Counted from the first letter of the stretch, positions 48,075-58,472 are shown. The stretch: DNA of 64,000 nt from Patescibacteria group bacterium (GCA_018825365.1 JAHJEV010000003.1:2284-66283), one strand, 5' to 3'. Notes: a model not told the origin generated them from the letters alone. A program made the numbers and translations.

Positions 48075-49112
48075 ATGGACATATCAGAAAACCACGAAAA
48101 TTTAAAACATGAATTAAAAGAAAAACTTAAATGTGTTTCCTCACGCCAGGATTTAGAAAAAATCAAGTTGGAATATATCGGAAAGAAAGGAATCTTAAAT
48201 CAACTATTCTCTAAAATGACCGACCTTGCCGCTAACGAGCGCAAAGATTTCGGGGCGAGACTTAATGTTTTGAAAAACGAAATAGAAACAATAATTAATG
48301 ATTTTTCCAATAACTTCTCCCAACCCAACACTTCCGAATATGACGAACTTTACAATTCCCTACCAGGGAAAAAGCCTGAAATTGGACACACGCATATAAT
48401 TACCCAAGCAATAAGAGAAATTGTTGATATCTTTAAACCCCTTGGATTTACACGTGTTAGGTATCCGGAAGTTGACTGGGAGTACTTCGCTTTTGAAGCT
48501 CTAAATATGCCTGAAGACCACCCCGCAAGAGATGATTGGGAAACATTTTTTGTGGACTTACCTTTCGATAAAAAAATGGGGAGGGTTGTTTTAACCCCTC
48601 ATACTTCAAACGGGCAAGTTAGAGAAATGCTAAAGGGAAAACTTCCAATCAGAATGCTTAATATTTCAAGATGCGGCAGGCGTCAGATTGATATAAGCCA
48701 CGGACCCACATTCTTTCAGTTTGAGGGACTGGTCGTTGATAAGAACATAAACACGACCCATTTAAAAGGTGTTTTGAATTACTTTGCCAAAAATTTCTTT
48801 GGTCCTGACAGAAAGATAAGACTTAGACCGTATGATTTCAGATTCACAGAACCCAGCTTTGAGGTTGATATTGACTGCGGCATGTGCCATGGAAAGGGAT
48901 GCAAACTTTGTAAAGGCGGATGGCACGAGCTTGGCGGTGCCGGGATGGTTCATCCTAACGTACTAAAAGCTGGAGGTATAGACCCGGAGAAATATTCAGG
49001 TTTTGCATTTGGCTGGGGAGTAGAGAGGACTTATATGATGAAATCAGGAACAAAAATTGACGATATTAGGCATATATTTGCAAATGATTTAAGGTTTTTG
49101 GAGCAATTTTAA
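48075..49112 (+). CDS. pheS: Phenylalanine--tRNA ligase alpha subunit
   Basis: HPARD, HTS..Q, F.Q.EGL, F.FTEPS.EVD, GMVHP, GFAFGWG.ER. Confidence 0.97.
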   Translation: MDISENHENLKHELKEKLKCVSSRQDLEKIKLEYIGKKGILNQLFSKMTDLAANERKDFGARLNVLKNEIETIINDFSNNFSQPNTSEYDELYNSLPGKKPEIGHTHIITQAIREIVDIFKPLGFTRVRYPEVDWEYFAFEALNMPEDHPARDDWETFFVDLPFDKKMGRVVLTPHTSNGQVREMLKGKLPIRMLNISRCGRRQIDISHGPTFFQFEGLVVDKNINTTHLKGVLNYFAKNFFGPDRKIRLRPYDFRFTEPSFEVDIDCGMCHGKGCKLCKGGWHELGGAGMVHPNVLKAGGIDPEKYSGFAFGWGVERTYMMKSGTKIDDIRHIFANDLRFLEQF

Positions 49113-49113
49113 T

Positions 49114-50985
49114 ATGAACGTACTAATACCCTACTCTTGGATAAAAGATTACATAAAAACAAATGCTGACGCGAAAGAAGCGGCAAGAATTTTATCTTTG
49201 CACTGTTTTAGTGTTGAACGAATAAACAAAGTTAATGGAGACGATGTTTTAGAAGTGGAAGTAACCCCAAATCGAGGTGACGCACTATCTGTAATTGGTA
49301 TCGCAAGAGAACTTAATGTTGTTTTGCCAAGAAATGGATTTAAGTGTGAATGGGTCGGGAAAAAGTCGGAGGTTTTCCACCCGGCAAGCACGGATGATTG
49401 TCTTGAAGCTGTAATAAAAGACAAAACACTTGTTCCGAGGTTTTGCGCGGTTGTTCTTAGCAATGTAAAAATCGGAGAATCTCCCCAAAAAATAAAGGCA
49501 CGGCTTGAAAGTGTCGGTATAAGAACGTTGGGAAATGTTATTGATGTTACCAACTACATGATGATAGATAAGGGGCAACCAATGCATGCTTTTGATTACG
49601 ACAAAATTGAAGGTCACAAAATGATTGTTCGGGAATCCAAGGAAGGAGAAAAAGTCGTTACTCTTGATGGTGTTGAAAGAAAACTTCCTGAGGGTGTAAT
49701 TGTCATTGAGGACGGAAGCGGAAGATTGATTGATCTTTGCGGAATAATGGGAGCCAAAAATAGTGAGGTCGATGAAAGCACCAAGAAAGTTTTACTTTTT
49801 GTACAAGCATACGATCCAGTAAGAATAAGAAAGGCATCCATGAGCCTAGGCCATAGAACCGAGGCGGCCTTAAGATTTGAAAAAGGCATAGATTTTGAAG
49901 GAATTATTCCCGCTCTTTATGATTCGGTTGAAATGCTTCACGAAATAGCCGGGGCGGAGGTTTCATCTGATTTGATAGATATCAAAAATGTTGAAAGAAA
50001 CGTGAAAAGTATTCCTGTGGATTACGAAAAGATAAATAAAATTGCAGGAATTGACATAAAACCGGAAGTTGTAGACCAAACATTGAGTGACTTAGGTTTT
50101 GAAAACAGAAACGGGTTTGTCGTAGTTCCGTCTTGGAGATACGAAGATATAGAAATTACTGAGGATTTGGCTGAGGAAGTTATAAGGATATATGGATACC
50201 ATAATCTTCCGGGACGTTTGTTAACGGGTGAGATTCCCGTAACGGAAAGAGATGATAGTTATTACTGGGAGGATGTGGTGAAAGATTTACTTAAACATTT
50301 AGGGTTTTTTGAATGTTATACCTATTCCTGCACTAAAAAAGAAAATGTTTCCGCCACCGCTTTAAAAATTGTTAACCCCCTAAGTGAGGATTTACTTTAT
50401 CTAAAGACTTCCCTACTCCCGCAACTGGTGGAAGTGTTGGATAAGAATCAATCCTACCGCGATAAAATTAAATTGTTTGAGCTTAGCAGCGTTTATTTTT
50501 CAAATGGAAAGGATCTTCCCCTGCAACAACAGTTTTTGGGTATTGTCACAAAAGGAATAGTAAAGATCGAACTAAGAGGAATTTTGGAGGTGATAGGAGA
50601 CGAAATGGGAATTCAAGACGATTCTCCTTTTGAAATAAGTGACTTTGGCAACGGAAAGTTTGGTGTTGAAATTAACTTTGAAGAGCTCGTTAAAAAAGCC
50701 ACTAAGGAAAAAACTTATATTCCGCTGACGAATTTTAATTCAATAAAAGAGGATCTTACATTTTCCATTCCTCGGGGTGTTTTATACCCTCAGGTTAGAA
50801 GTTTGATTTTGGATTCGGACGAAAGAATTTACAAACTAGGTTTTAAAGATATTTACAAGAATGCTTTGACCTTTGCAATTGAATATCTTGATAGAGAAAA
50901 GCAGATTTCATCAGAGGATACCCAGGAAATAAGAAAAAAGATTTTTGAAAAGCTTGAGAAAATCGGAGTTAGATTAAAGGTTTAA
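49114..50985 (+). CDS. pheT: Phenylalanine--tRNA ligase beta subunit (short form)
   Basis: TPNRGD.LS..GIARE, IDVTNY, GQPMHAFD, RFEKG, PSWR.DI....DLAEEV.RIYGY. Confidence 0.96.
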   Translation: MNVLIPYSWIKDYIKTNADAKEAARILSLHCFSVERINKVNGDDVLEVEVTPNRGDALSVIGIARELNVVLPRNGFKCEWVGKKSEVFHPASTDDCLEAVIKDKTLVPRFCAVVLSNVKIGESPQKIKARLESVGIRTLGNVIDVTNYMMIDKGQPMHAFDYDKIEGHKMIVRESKEGEKVVTLDGVERKLPEGVIVIEDGSGRLIDLCGIMGAKNSEVDESTKKVLLFVQAYDPVRIRKASMSLGHRTEAALRFEKGIDFEGIIPALYDSVEMLHEIAGAEVSSDLIDIKNVERNVKSIPVDYEKINKIAGIDIKPEVVDQTLSDLGFENRNGFVVVPSWRYEDIEITEDLAEEVIRIYGYHNLPGRLLTGEIPVTERDDSYYWEDVVKDLLKHLGFFECYTYSCTKKENVSATALKIVNPLSEDLLYLKTSLLPQLVEVLDKNQSYRDKIKLFELSSVYFSNGKDLPLQQQFLGIVTKGIVKIELRGILEVIGDEMGIQDDSPFEISDFGNGKFGVEINFEELVKKATKEKTYIPLTNFNSIKEDLTFSIPRGVLYPQVRSLILDSDERIYKLGFKDIYKNALTFAIEYLDREKQISSEDTQEIRKKIFEKLEKIGVRLKV

Positions 50986-50993
50986 TTTCTTTT

Positions 50994-52286
50994 ATGTTTT
51001 CACTAAAGGATTTTGGAGTTACAAAAGAAGTTGGATTGTTAGAAAACGGCACCCGTGTGGTGTTATTTAATAAGCCTAGTGTACCAATCTCAATAAATGT
51101 CGCTTTTAATGCAGGTTCTAGGTTCGATCCTAACGGAAAAGAGGGCCTTGCTCATTTTACTGAGCATATGTTGCTTCAAAAGACTAAGAAATTTAATAAC
51201 GTTGCCAGTCTTTTTAAGTATCTTGAGGAAGTTGGGGGTCGTATAAATGTATTTACAGATAGCGAACAGATTTGTTTAACGATAGATCTTTCCGATAAGG
51301 AGGATTTTGATAAAGCTGTAACAATTATAGACGAGGTAGTCAACAACATGATTGTCGATGACGCCGTGTTTGAAAATGAGAGAAGTGTAATCATGAAAGA
51401 AATCGCGGATATAAAATCAAACCCCCAATCTTATGTTGGTGAGGTAGCAGAAGAACTATTTTTCCAAAACACTGACATTGGAAGATCCGTTTCCGGAGAT
51501 GAGAAATCCGTCAGTAACATCACAAAGAAGGATATATTAAATCTGTACAATAAAAAATTAAATACTAACTACATGACGGTTATTGTTTCCGGAGGAATAG
51601 AGCTTAATGAATTAATTTTGTATCTTAACGAGGGGATAACTCTTCAGAAAGTTACGGATAATCCAAACGCGCTGACGGTAGATTTAAGTATCTTCAGAGA
51701 GAGCGCAATCAAAGTTGAGGTGTATAAAGATACAGATAACGTGCATTTGGTTTTTGGTTTTAGAAGTTGCTCCATGTTTGATAATGATCACATTCCTTTG
51801 GCAGTATTAAGTGTAATTTGTGGATCCGGTTTTACCTCTTCTTTGTATAAGAAGTTAAGAGAAGAGAAAGGTTTGGTATATGGTGTTTCTGTCGATTCAC
51901 TAGGGATGTCGGATAGTGGGGCCTGGGTGGTATCAACCTCAACCCCAAAAGAAAATGTTCAACAGCTTTTGGACATAGTGTGTGATGAGTTTAACAGAAT
52001 TTATGACGGAGGGATTTTTGATAGCGAGTTACGTCTTGCAAAAGATAAAATTATTAAGTCAAGAAAGCAAAGGATGCAAACTTCGAGGGCCTGGGTGGAT
52101 TTTCACACGGCCGGAGAGTCATTAAATCCTAAAAAAGCGAGGGACCTAGATAAGGTTTTGGATAAAATCAGCAAAGTAACATTGGGTGATCTAAGGAGAG
52201 TAGGGAGAAAATATTTTAGCAAGAATTCCTGGTATTTAGCTATGTGTGGAGATACAACTGAGAAAGATTTTAAGATAAATTATTAG
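50994..52286 (+). CDS. M16 (pitrilysin/insulinase) family peptidase
   Basis: GLAHFTEHML (HxxEH), LREEKGLVY. Confidence 0.93.
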   Translation: MFSLKDFGVTKEVGLLENGTRVVLFNKPSVPISINVAFNAGSRFDPNGKEGLAHFTEHMLLQKTKKFNNVASLFKYLEEVGGRINVFTDSEQICLTIDLSDKEDFDKAVTIIDEVVNNMIVDDAVFENERSVIMKEIADIKSNPQSYVGEVAEELFFQNTDIGRSVSGDEKSVSNITKKDILNLYNKKLNTNYMTVIVSGGIELNELILYLNEGITLQKVTDNPNALTVDLSIFRESAIKVEVYKDTDNVHLVFGFRSCSMFDNDHIPLAVLSVICGSGFTSSLYKKLREEKGLVYGVSVDSLGMSDSGAWVVSTSTPKENVQQLLDIVCDEFNRIYDGGIFDSELRLAKDKIIKSRKQRMQTSRAWVDFHTAGESLNPKKARDLDKVLDKISKVTLGDLRRVGRKYFSKNSWYLAMCGDTTEKDFKINY

Positions 52287-52636
52287 AGAACTTTTTTAAC
52301 TTTCTCAACAATCTCCTCAAATCCCTTTGGATCATTGATGGCAACTTCGGCAAGCATTTTCTTATTCAAATCGATTTTTGCTTTTTTAAGCCCCGCCATA
52401 AATCTGCTGTACATTATTTCAAACTTAGCCAAGGCACCGCTTATTCTTGCAATCCAAAGCGTTCTCATATCCCTTCTTCTGTTTCTTCTTCCTTCAAATG
52501 CATGCTCGCCAGCTCTTAAAACTGCTTCATGAGCTCTTTTTAAAAGCTTGCTTCTTGTTCCTCTATAGCCTTTTGCCATTCGAAGTATTTTATTATGTCT
52601 TCTTCTGGTTCTGACACCACCTTTTGATCTTGGCAT
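52283..52636 (-). CDS. rplT: 50S ribosomal protein L20
   Basis: MPR.K.G...RRRH.KIL..AKGY.G; R.LWI.RI. Confidence 0.97.
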   Translation of the reverse strand: MPRSKGGVRTRRRHNKILRMAKGYRGTRSKLLKRAHEAVLRAGEHAFEGRRNRRRDMRTLWIARISGALAKFEIMYSRFMAGLKKAKIDLNKKMLAEVAINDPKGFEEIVEKVKKVL

Positions 52637-52848
52637 TATCTACCTCTTACTTGCTTGGCCAGCAACTTTTTAAATATTTTCCTGTGGCCGACATTCATTT
52701 GCTGTGTGATTTTCCCTTTTTTTATTTTCCTATCAACACTTTTAGTGGCTTTTAAGTGAGCCATACCGATAAGTTTATTCATAAACTTGCCTGTTTTTGT
52801 AACTTTCACCCTTTTCATAAGTGTTTTTCTTGTCTTAAGTTTTGGCAT
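52636..52848 (-). CDS. rpmI: 50S ribosomal protein L35
   Basis: MPKLKT.K...KRVKVT.TGK; between infC and rplT. Confidence 0.93.
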   Translation of the reverse strand: MPKLKTRKTLMKRVKVTKTGKFMNKLIGMAHLKATKSVDRKIKKGKITQQMNVGHRKIFKKLLAKQVRGR

Positions 52849-52865
52849 GTTTTACCTTCTTATAA

Positions 52866-53372
52866 TTACTTTCCTGAAAATATTGCCCAAATCAAATTTC
52901 CCATTTGTCTGGGTTCAACTTCCATTTTTGCTACGTCTGATAGCTCTTTTCCGATCTTTCTTAGTTTTTCAATAGCAACTTCCGGAAACATTCCCTCTCT
53001 TCCGCGCATTTTAACAGTGATTTTGACCTTGTTTCCCTCTTCTATAAACTTACGTCCTCTTGTGACAAACCTTTGAATGTCCCCTTCTCCGGTTGTTGGA
53101 GTCATTCTAAACTCCTTCATTTCGGTTTTTTTGCTTTTAGCCTTAGCAATACTGGCCTTTTTTCTTTCTTCGTACAAAAACTTTGTGAACTCAACTATTT
53201 TTGCAACCGGCGGATTGGCGTTTGGAACTACCAATATTAAGTCCAAATCCTGGTTTTTGGCTAGTGCTATGGCCTCGTTTTTGGCTAAAACACCTAAATT
53301 TTCACCCTTATCTGAAATGACCCTTACTTTATCTGATTTTATCTGTTCGTTTTTTATGTACCAGTTTGGTAT
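52866..53372 (-). CDS. infC: Translation initiation factor IF-3 with non-canonical ATA start
   Basis: Frame extends 42 codons above the track start (IPNWYIKNEQIKSDKVRVIS...); AGGAGG-7 nt-ATA; in-frame TAA two codons further upstream. Confidence 0.93.
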   Translation of the reverse strand: MPNWYIKNEQIKSDKVRVISDKGENLGVLAKNEAIALAKNQDLDLILVVPNANPPVAKIVEFTKFLYEERKKASIAKAKSKKTEMKEFRMTPTTGEGDIQRFVTRGRKFIEEGNKVKITVKMRGREGMFPEVAIEKLRKIGKELSDVAKMEVEPRQMGNLIWAIFSGK

Positions 53373-53398
53373 ACGTTATCCTCCTAGACTTAGGTAAA

Positions 53399-55198
53399 TT
53401 ACCACAAATTGAGAGATTTGGTCAAATACATTTGCTCAATTATGTGTATTACCTCATCAAGATCCTTGGCCCCAAGATTTTTTTCCGTCCTTAGCCTTAC
53501 GCTCACCTGTTTGTTTTCTACCTCTTTGTCCCCAACTATAAGCATATATGGGATCTTTTTCATCTGAGCGTCTCTTATTTTTGCCTGCATGGTCTCAGCA
53601 CGATCGTCAACATGGGCTCTTAAATGTTTTTCCTCCATTTTGTCTGCAATTTCCTGCGCATATTTAATGTGTTTATCTCCGATTGGTATTATTTCAACCT
53701 GCAAAGGACAAAGCCATACGGGAAAAGCTCCTGCAAAATGCTCCATTAAAAAGCCTACAAATCTTTCACTTGAGCCAAGCGGTGCTCTGTGCTGGACTAT
53801 TACGGACTTTTCCTTGCCGTCTTTATCAATGTATTTAAGTCCGAATCTTTCGGGCATGTAAAGATCAATTTGGTTCGTTGATATGCCGTATTCCGTTCCT
53901 ATGGCTGATTTAACCTTAAAATCCATCTTGGGTCCGTAGTGTGCCGCACCTTCATTTACAACGGTGTATTCAATTCCTGATTTATCCAAAGCTTCTCGGG
54001 TAATTTTCTCCGCCTTTACCCACATCTCCTCATTTCCATGGTATTTATCCATTTTGGCCGAATCTCTCAAATTAAGCTCAATGTGGTAGTTTGTAAGGCC
54101 AAGTGTGTCGTAGTAGTACTTGTGGAGGTTTACTATTTCAACGAAAACCTCAATTGCCTGTTTTTCTGAGCAGTAAACATGGGCATCGTTTTGGCAAAAG
54201 AGCCTTGGGCGGAGTATCCCGTTTATCGATCCTCTGTTTTCATATCTTGCAACCGTTCCGTATTCGGCAATTCTCAAAGGCAACTCTTTGTAAGTTCTTG
54301 GTTTGGATCTAAAAACAAGGTGGTGGAAGGGACAGTTCATTGGTTTAATGAAATAGTCGTCCCCTTCCTCACCGGGAACCCCGACTTTGTACATCTCGTC
54401 TTCAAAGTAAGGAACGTGGCCCGAAAGCTCAAAGAGCTTTCTTTTTGTCATGAATGGAGTTGATACTCTTACATAACCCCATTTTTCTTCCGTTTGCTTG
54501 CCCCAGTTTTCAAGCTCTTCTTTTATAATCATTCCGTTTGGAAGCCAAACTGGAAGCCCCGGGCCTATTTCTTCATAAATATCGAATACCTCTAAGTATT
54601 TGTTTATATTTCTGTGGTCTCTTTTTTTCTGTTCTTCCAGGATTTTTAAGTATTCCTCAAGTTTTTCTTTGGAGTCAAAAGCTGTGGCATAGATTCTAGT
54701 TAACATTTTATTCTTTTCGCTTCCCCGCCAGTATGCTCCGGCAACACTTAGAAGTTTAAAAGCTTTAACTTTTCCGGTTTTATCAACATGATTTCCTGCA
54801 CAAAGGTCAATATCGTGAAACTTGCTTTTGGTATCCCCTACTTCACAAATAGTTGGTTCTTGCTTGTCTTTTTCAAGCTCTTCGATCATCTCAAGCTTAA
54901 AAGGATTTTCTTTGAATATTTCTTTCAGTTCTTTAAATGTTGATTTTCTAACTTTTATGGGAAGGTTCTCATTAACAATTTCCTGCATTCTCCTTTCGAT
55001 TTTTTCGAAATCTTCTTCTGATATCTTATCTGCGATGTCAAAATCCCCGTAGAATCCTCCCTCAATCGGAGGGCCCATTACCTTTTTAGCTCCGGGGAGA
55101 AGGGATTCCACACTCATGTGAAGAATATGCTCAGCCGAATGTCTTAAAGGAAACATCGGATCGTCTTTTATTTTTTCTGTTACTTTTTGTTTTTTCAT
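53399..55198 (-). CDS. thrS: Threonine--tRNA ligase
   Basis: RHSAEH, DLCAGNH, GAYWRG, RDHR, KPMNCPFH, HRAPLGS.ERF. Confidence 0.97.
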   Translation of the reverse strand: MKKQKVTEKIKDDPMFPLRHSAEHILHMSVESLLPGAKKVMGPPIEGGFYGDFDIADKISEEDFEKIERRMQEIVNENLPIKVRKSTFKELKEIFKENPFKLEMIEELEKDKQEPTICEVGDTKSKFHDIDLCAGNHVDKTGKVKAFKLLSVAGAYWRGSEKNKMLTRIYATAFDSKEKLEEYLKILEEQKKRDHRNINKYLEVFDIYEEIGPGLPVWLPNGMIIKEELENWGKQTEEKWGYVRVSTPFMTKRKLFELSGHVPYFEDEMYKVGVPGEEGDDYFIKPMNCPFHHLVFRSKPRTYKELPLRIAEYGTVARYENRGSINGILRPRLFCQNDAHVYCSEKQAIEVFVEIVNLHKYYYDTLGLTNYHIELNLRDSAKMDKYHGNEEMWVKAEKITREALDKSGIEYTVVNEGAAHYGPKMDFKVKSAIGTEYGISTNQIDLYMPERFGLKYIDKDGKEKSVIVQHRAPLGSSERFVGFLMEHFAGAFPVWLCPLQVEIIPIGDKHIKYAQEIADKMEEKHLRAHVDDRAETMQAKIRDAQMKKIPYMLIVGDKEVENKQVSVRLRTEKNLGAKDLDEVIHIIEQMYLTKSLNLW

Positions 55199-55342
55199 TT
55201 TTATTACCTTTCAATTATAACTGAAATTTGTTTATGTAAAAGGAAATTAGGAAACATTAGCATTTAGTCAAAGTGTTACCCCCGCAGGGGTTGTGGTTAT
55301 AAAAATGGATTTAAACATTGATTCCATCTGTTTCTTTGTACT

Positions 55343-55786
55343 TCAACGTTTGGGTCTTGTCAACGACAACAAACTTCTTTTGACTTCGGGGGTAAGATTA
55401 AGTTTCAGTGCCTGTTTTAAAGGGAGCCATTTGAAATCTGTATGTTCTTTATTTAGCTTTAATTTTCCCTTTACCAGCCTACTTTTGTAAAAGAGGTTTA
55501 TATACATCAGCCCTTTATGATTTTTCAGCTCGCTTTTATGTTTTTCGAGGTAAAAGTTCAGTTTTTCCGGTTTTATTACGAGGTTGGTTTCTTCTTTCAC
55601 TTCTCTTTCCAATGTTTTGCTAATGTCTTCCCCCATTTCGAGATGCCCTCCAGGCAGTCCCCATAAACTTGGAGCATGGGATGCATTAGGAGACCTCTTG
55701 GTGAACAAATAGAAACCGCCTTTCCTTATTAGAGTTACGAAAACCACTACCACCTGCGGGATTCCTTCAACATATAGTCTTTTCAT
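55343..55786 (-). CDS. NUDIX hydrolase
   Basis: W.LPGGHLEMGE.....LEREVKEETNL Nudix box. Confidence 0.92.
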   Translation of the reverse strand: MKRLYVEGIPQVVVVFVTLIRKGGFYLFTKRSPNASHAPSLWGLPGGHLEMGEDISKTLEREVKEETNLVIKPEKLNFYLEKHKSELKNHKGLMYINLFYKSRLVKGKLKLNKEHTDFKWLPLKQALKLNLTPEVKRSLLSLTRPKR

Positions 55787-55841
55787 ATTTCCACCATATT
55801 AACTAAATAGTAAATAAACGGCAATAAGATATAATCCAGCT

Positions 55842-56522
55842 ATGATTCTGAACGTTTATAAAGAAAAAAATTGGACCAGCTTTGATGTTGTGGCTAAGGT
55901 AAGAAGCATGTTGGGAAGAAAAAGAAAGGTTGGTCATACCGGAACTTTGGATCCTTTGGCGGAAGGAGTTTTGATTGTTCTTACTGATGAGGATACCAAA
56001 AGACAAGATGACTTTATGACTATGGAAAAAGAGTATGTTGCTAAGATTGCGTTTGGAATTACTACACCAACGTATGATTTGGAAGTATTACCTAATGTAA
56101 GTGAAATGCAAATAAGCTTGAAAGAGGTCAAGGAAATCTTAGAAAAGATATTACCAAAATATATTGGCGAAATAACGCAGAAGGTACCCGCTTACTCGGC
56201 TGTTAAGGTTAAAGGAAAAACCTTATATAAAGAAGCAAGGAAGGGAAAATTAGGCGACATAAAACTTCCCGTTAAGAGAATAACGATCCATGAAGTTGAG
56301 GTTTTAGGTAGTGGGGAGGAAGAAATTGAGACGGTGGGTGGAAAACGTAAATTTCCGGTTATTAAGATGAAAGTCAGGTGTTCCTCAGGAAGTTATATTA
56401 GGTCTTTGGCTCATGATTTGGGAGAAGAGCTTGGGTGTGGCGCTGTTTTGGTTAGTCTATTAAGAACAAGAGTTGGTGATTTTGTAGTTGGCAAGTCTAG
56501 AAAGGTTTCAGATCTGTTTTAA
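55842..56522 (+). CDS. truB: tRNA pseudouridine(55) synthase
   Basis: TSFDVV, GHTGTLDPLAEGVL, YSAVKV.G..LY..AR, GSYIRSLAHDLG. Confidence 0.96.
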   Translation: MILNVYKEKNWTSFDVVAKVRSMLGRKRKVGHTGTLDPLAEGVLIVLTDEDTKRQDDFMTMEKEYVAKIAFGITTPTYDLEVLPNVSEMQISLKEVKEILEKILPKYIGEITQKVPAYSAVKVKGKTLYKEARKGKLGDIKLPVKRITIHEVEVLGSGEEEIETVGGKRKFPVIKMKVRCSSGSYIRSLAHDLGEELGCGAVLVSLLRTRVGDFVVGKSRKVSDLF

Positions 56523-56593
56523 CGCCTTTAATATTTAACAGAAATGAACTAGTAGAGTAAAATAAACAAAAATCCAACAATAGGAGGAGAAAA

Positions 56594-56950
56594 ATGGGTC
56601 CAAAGGCTACTGGAGGTTGGGGATCGATATCAGGTTTTAGGATTCGCACGAGCTCACTCGCTAAGGAGAGTTGGTCACTAAAGGCTCTGTCGCAGAATCC
56701 GGGTACCAAAGAAAGACCCACGTATGTTCATGCTGACAGCATTACTATAAAAGGTACCGTTGTTACCCTGGTAGTTGGTAGGAGAACATTTACCGGCTAT
56801 GAGTTTGACAATGTTGCTATAAAGCATGGGGTTGAAAATCACGAGAAACCCATAAGTTATTATTACTTTGATGCAAAGGATAAAAGTACCGGGAAATATC
56901 TCAGAATTTGGGTTACGAAGGGGGAGATACACAACGCCCTGCTTAGGTAA
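56594..56950 (+). CDS. Hypothetical protein (orphan cassette)
   Basis: AGGAGGAGAAAAATG start; hairpin AAGCCAGG...CCTGGCTT downstream. Confidence 0.65.
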   Translation: MGPKATGGWGSISGFRIRTSSLAKESWSLKALSQNPGTKERPTYVHADSITIKGTVVTLVVGRRTFTGYEFDNVAIKHGVENHEKPISYYYFDAKDKSTGKYLRIWVTKGEIHNALLR

Positions 56951-57006
56951 CTAAAAAGCCAGGAACTCAAAAAGGACCTGGCTTATTTATTTCTACTTAT
57001 CTGGTT

Positions 57007-57381
57007 TTAGTCTCCGGCCTTAATTGCCTCTTCTTTGGTCACATGAATAGTTCCGTTCGGATGATTTGCCGGGCTGTAAATTGTGTATACTTTCAACTGC
57101 TCTGTAGTGCTTGTGTTTATGATATTGTGCTCGGTTCCCGCGGGTATAACAATTCCAAATCCAGCCGAGAATTTATATTCAGTTCCATTTAAAACTGCTT
57201 TGCCAACACCTTCTTCGATTCTGAAAAATTGATCGACCTTGTCGTGCGTTTCCATTCCGATATCTTCCATTGGTTTAAGATTCATCAAAACAAGCTGACT
57301 GTGAGCGTTTGTTGATATTACTTTTCTGAAATTTGTATTTTCTACTGTCTGTTTCTCCAGATTTTCTACAAATATTTCCAT
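57007..57381 (-). CDS. Cupin-domain protein
   Basis: QLVLM.L.P.EDIG.E.H..VDQFFRIE.G, IPAGT.HNIIN, YTIYSP.NH. Confidence 0.9.
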   Translation of the reverse strand: MEIFVENLEKQTVENTNFRKVISTNAHSQLVLMNLKPMEDIGMETHDKVDQFFRIEEGVGKAVLNGTEYKFSAGFGIVIPAGTEHNIINTSTTEQLKVYTIYSPANHPNGTIHVTKEEAIKAGD

Positions 57382-57406
57382 AACCTACTCCTTTACAACT
57401 AACTTA

Positions 57407-57955
57407 TTACTCTTTGCAGCAATCAACTGCCTTTTTAATTATCTGACTGAGTTTCTCAAATATACTCATCTCACTTTTAAGTTTTGGCTCCTTGTCTTCA
57501 CTTATGAGATGTATTTTTTGATCATCCCCAGATTTTAGATCTTCGGTTTTAATGATTCCTAAGTTCAAACCCCAAAACATATTGTAAAGCTCATATGATT
57601 TCCTAAACATTTCCTGAGCCTCCACTTTGTCTCCTTTTCCTAGTGCCTTGGTTCCAACCTCCATAAGTCTCATTGATGCGGATAAAAAGTGTTTGCTCGT
57701 ACACCAAATTTCCCCCTCGGGATTTTTCACAATCTTTTTCATGAGTTCCTTTCTCATTTCCCTGACTTTGTTTAAAAGTTCAAGATAAGCACCTTTATCG
57801 GTTTTTGCGCCGGTGAAAAAAAGATGTTCTTCAATTCCAAGCAGATTCATTATCGCAACGGACAAATCTTCTCCTGATGACAAATCCACTTTTTCATTCT
57901 TTTCTATTTTTTTAACCTGATCTATATATTTTTGAATTTTTTCCTGTTCGTTCAT
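57407..57955 (-). CDS. Helical hypothetical protein with WC and C-terminal DCCKE
   Basis: ORF in a tight operon; MNL..IEEH, EIWCTSKH, AVDCCKE. Confidence 0.8.
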   Translation of the reverse strand: MNEQEKIQKYIDQVKKIEKNEKVDLSSGEDLSVAIMNLLGIEEHLFFTGAKTDKGAYLELLNKVREMRKELMKKIVKNPEGEIWCTSKHFLSASMRLMEVGTKALGKGDKVEAQEMFRKSYELYNMFWGLNLGIIKTEDLKSGDDQKIHLISEDKEPKLKSEMSIFEKLSQIIKKAVDCCKE

Positions 57956-57967
57956 AGCAATAGCTTA

Positions 57968-58471
57968 TCAGCTAAGTAGATAAAAAGTAAAACTGGCAAG
58001 CGTCAAAAGAAGCATCGGTAGTATCATCTTTTGGTAATAGATATAAACCTGTCCGTTGTTTAGTTTTCCTAATATTTTATCTAGCCAAACGGAAAGGGAA
58101 AAAGCGATTGACCCGGTAATTATTCCCAAAAGTATCTTATCTATCCCCCACAAAGTGTTTTGGGGGTGGCCGATTGTTTTTCCAAGCCACAGAGGAATTA
58201 TCGTAAGTGCGTACAGTAAAACAATTGAAAGTATTTTGGTGTAGGGAATTTTCCATCCCCTTTTCTCGATCCAGCCTGCAAGCCAAAGGGCACTTGCGAC
58301 AATAAGTCCTCCGATCCAAACTCCGGTGACTGTGTCGTCAATTCCAAGCCACCTGCTTACTCCAAGCCCGATCCCAACAGCAACTATGCATACAGGACAA
58401 ACTGCCAAAGCCGGTTTTATTGCTATGAAAGCAAAAAGAATAAATGACGTTAATGATATGATTGTTGTCAT
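57968..58471 (-). CDS. Multi-pass membrane protein with CPVC motif
   Basis: Signal-like N-terminus then A-VCPVC; 4-5 hydrophobic segments. Confidence 0.8.
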   Translation of the reverse strand: MTTIISLTSFILFAFIAIKPALAVCPVCIVAVGIGLGVSRWLGIDDTVTGVWIGGLIVASALWLAGWIEKRGWKIPYTKILSIVLLYALTIIPLWLGKTIGHPQNTLWGIDKILLGIITGSIAFSLSVWLDKILGKLNNGQVYIYYQKMILPMLLLTLASFTFYLLS

Positions 58472-58472
58472 T

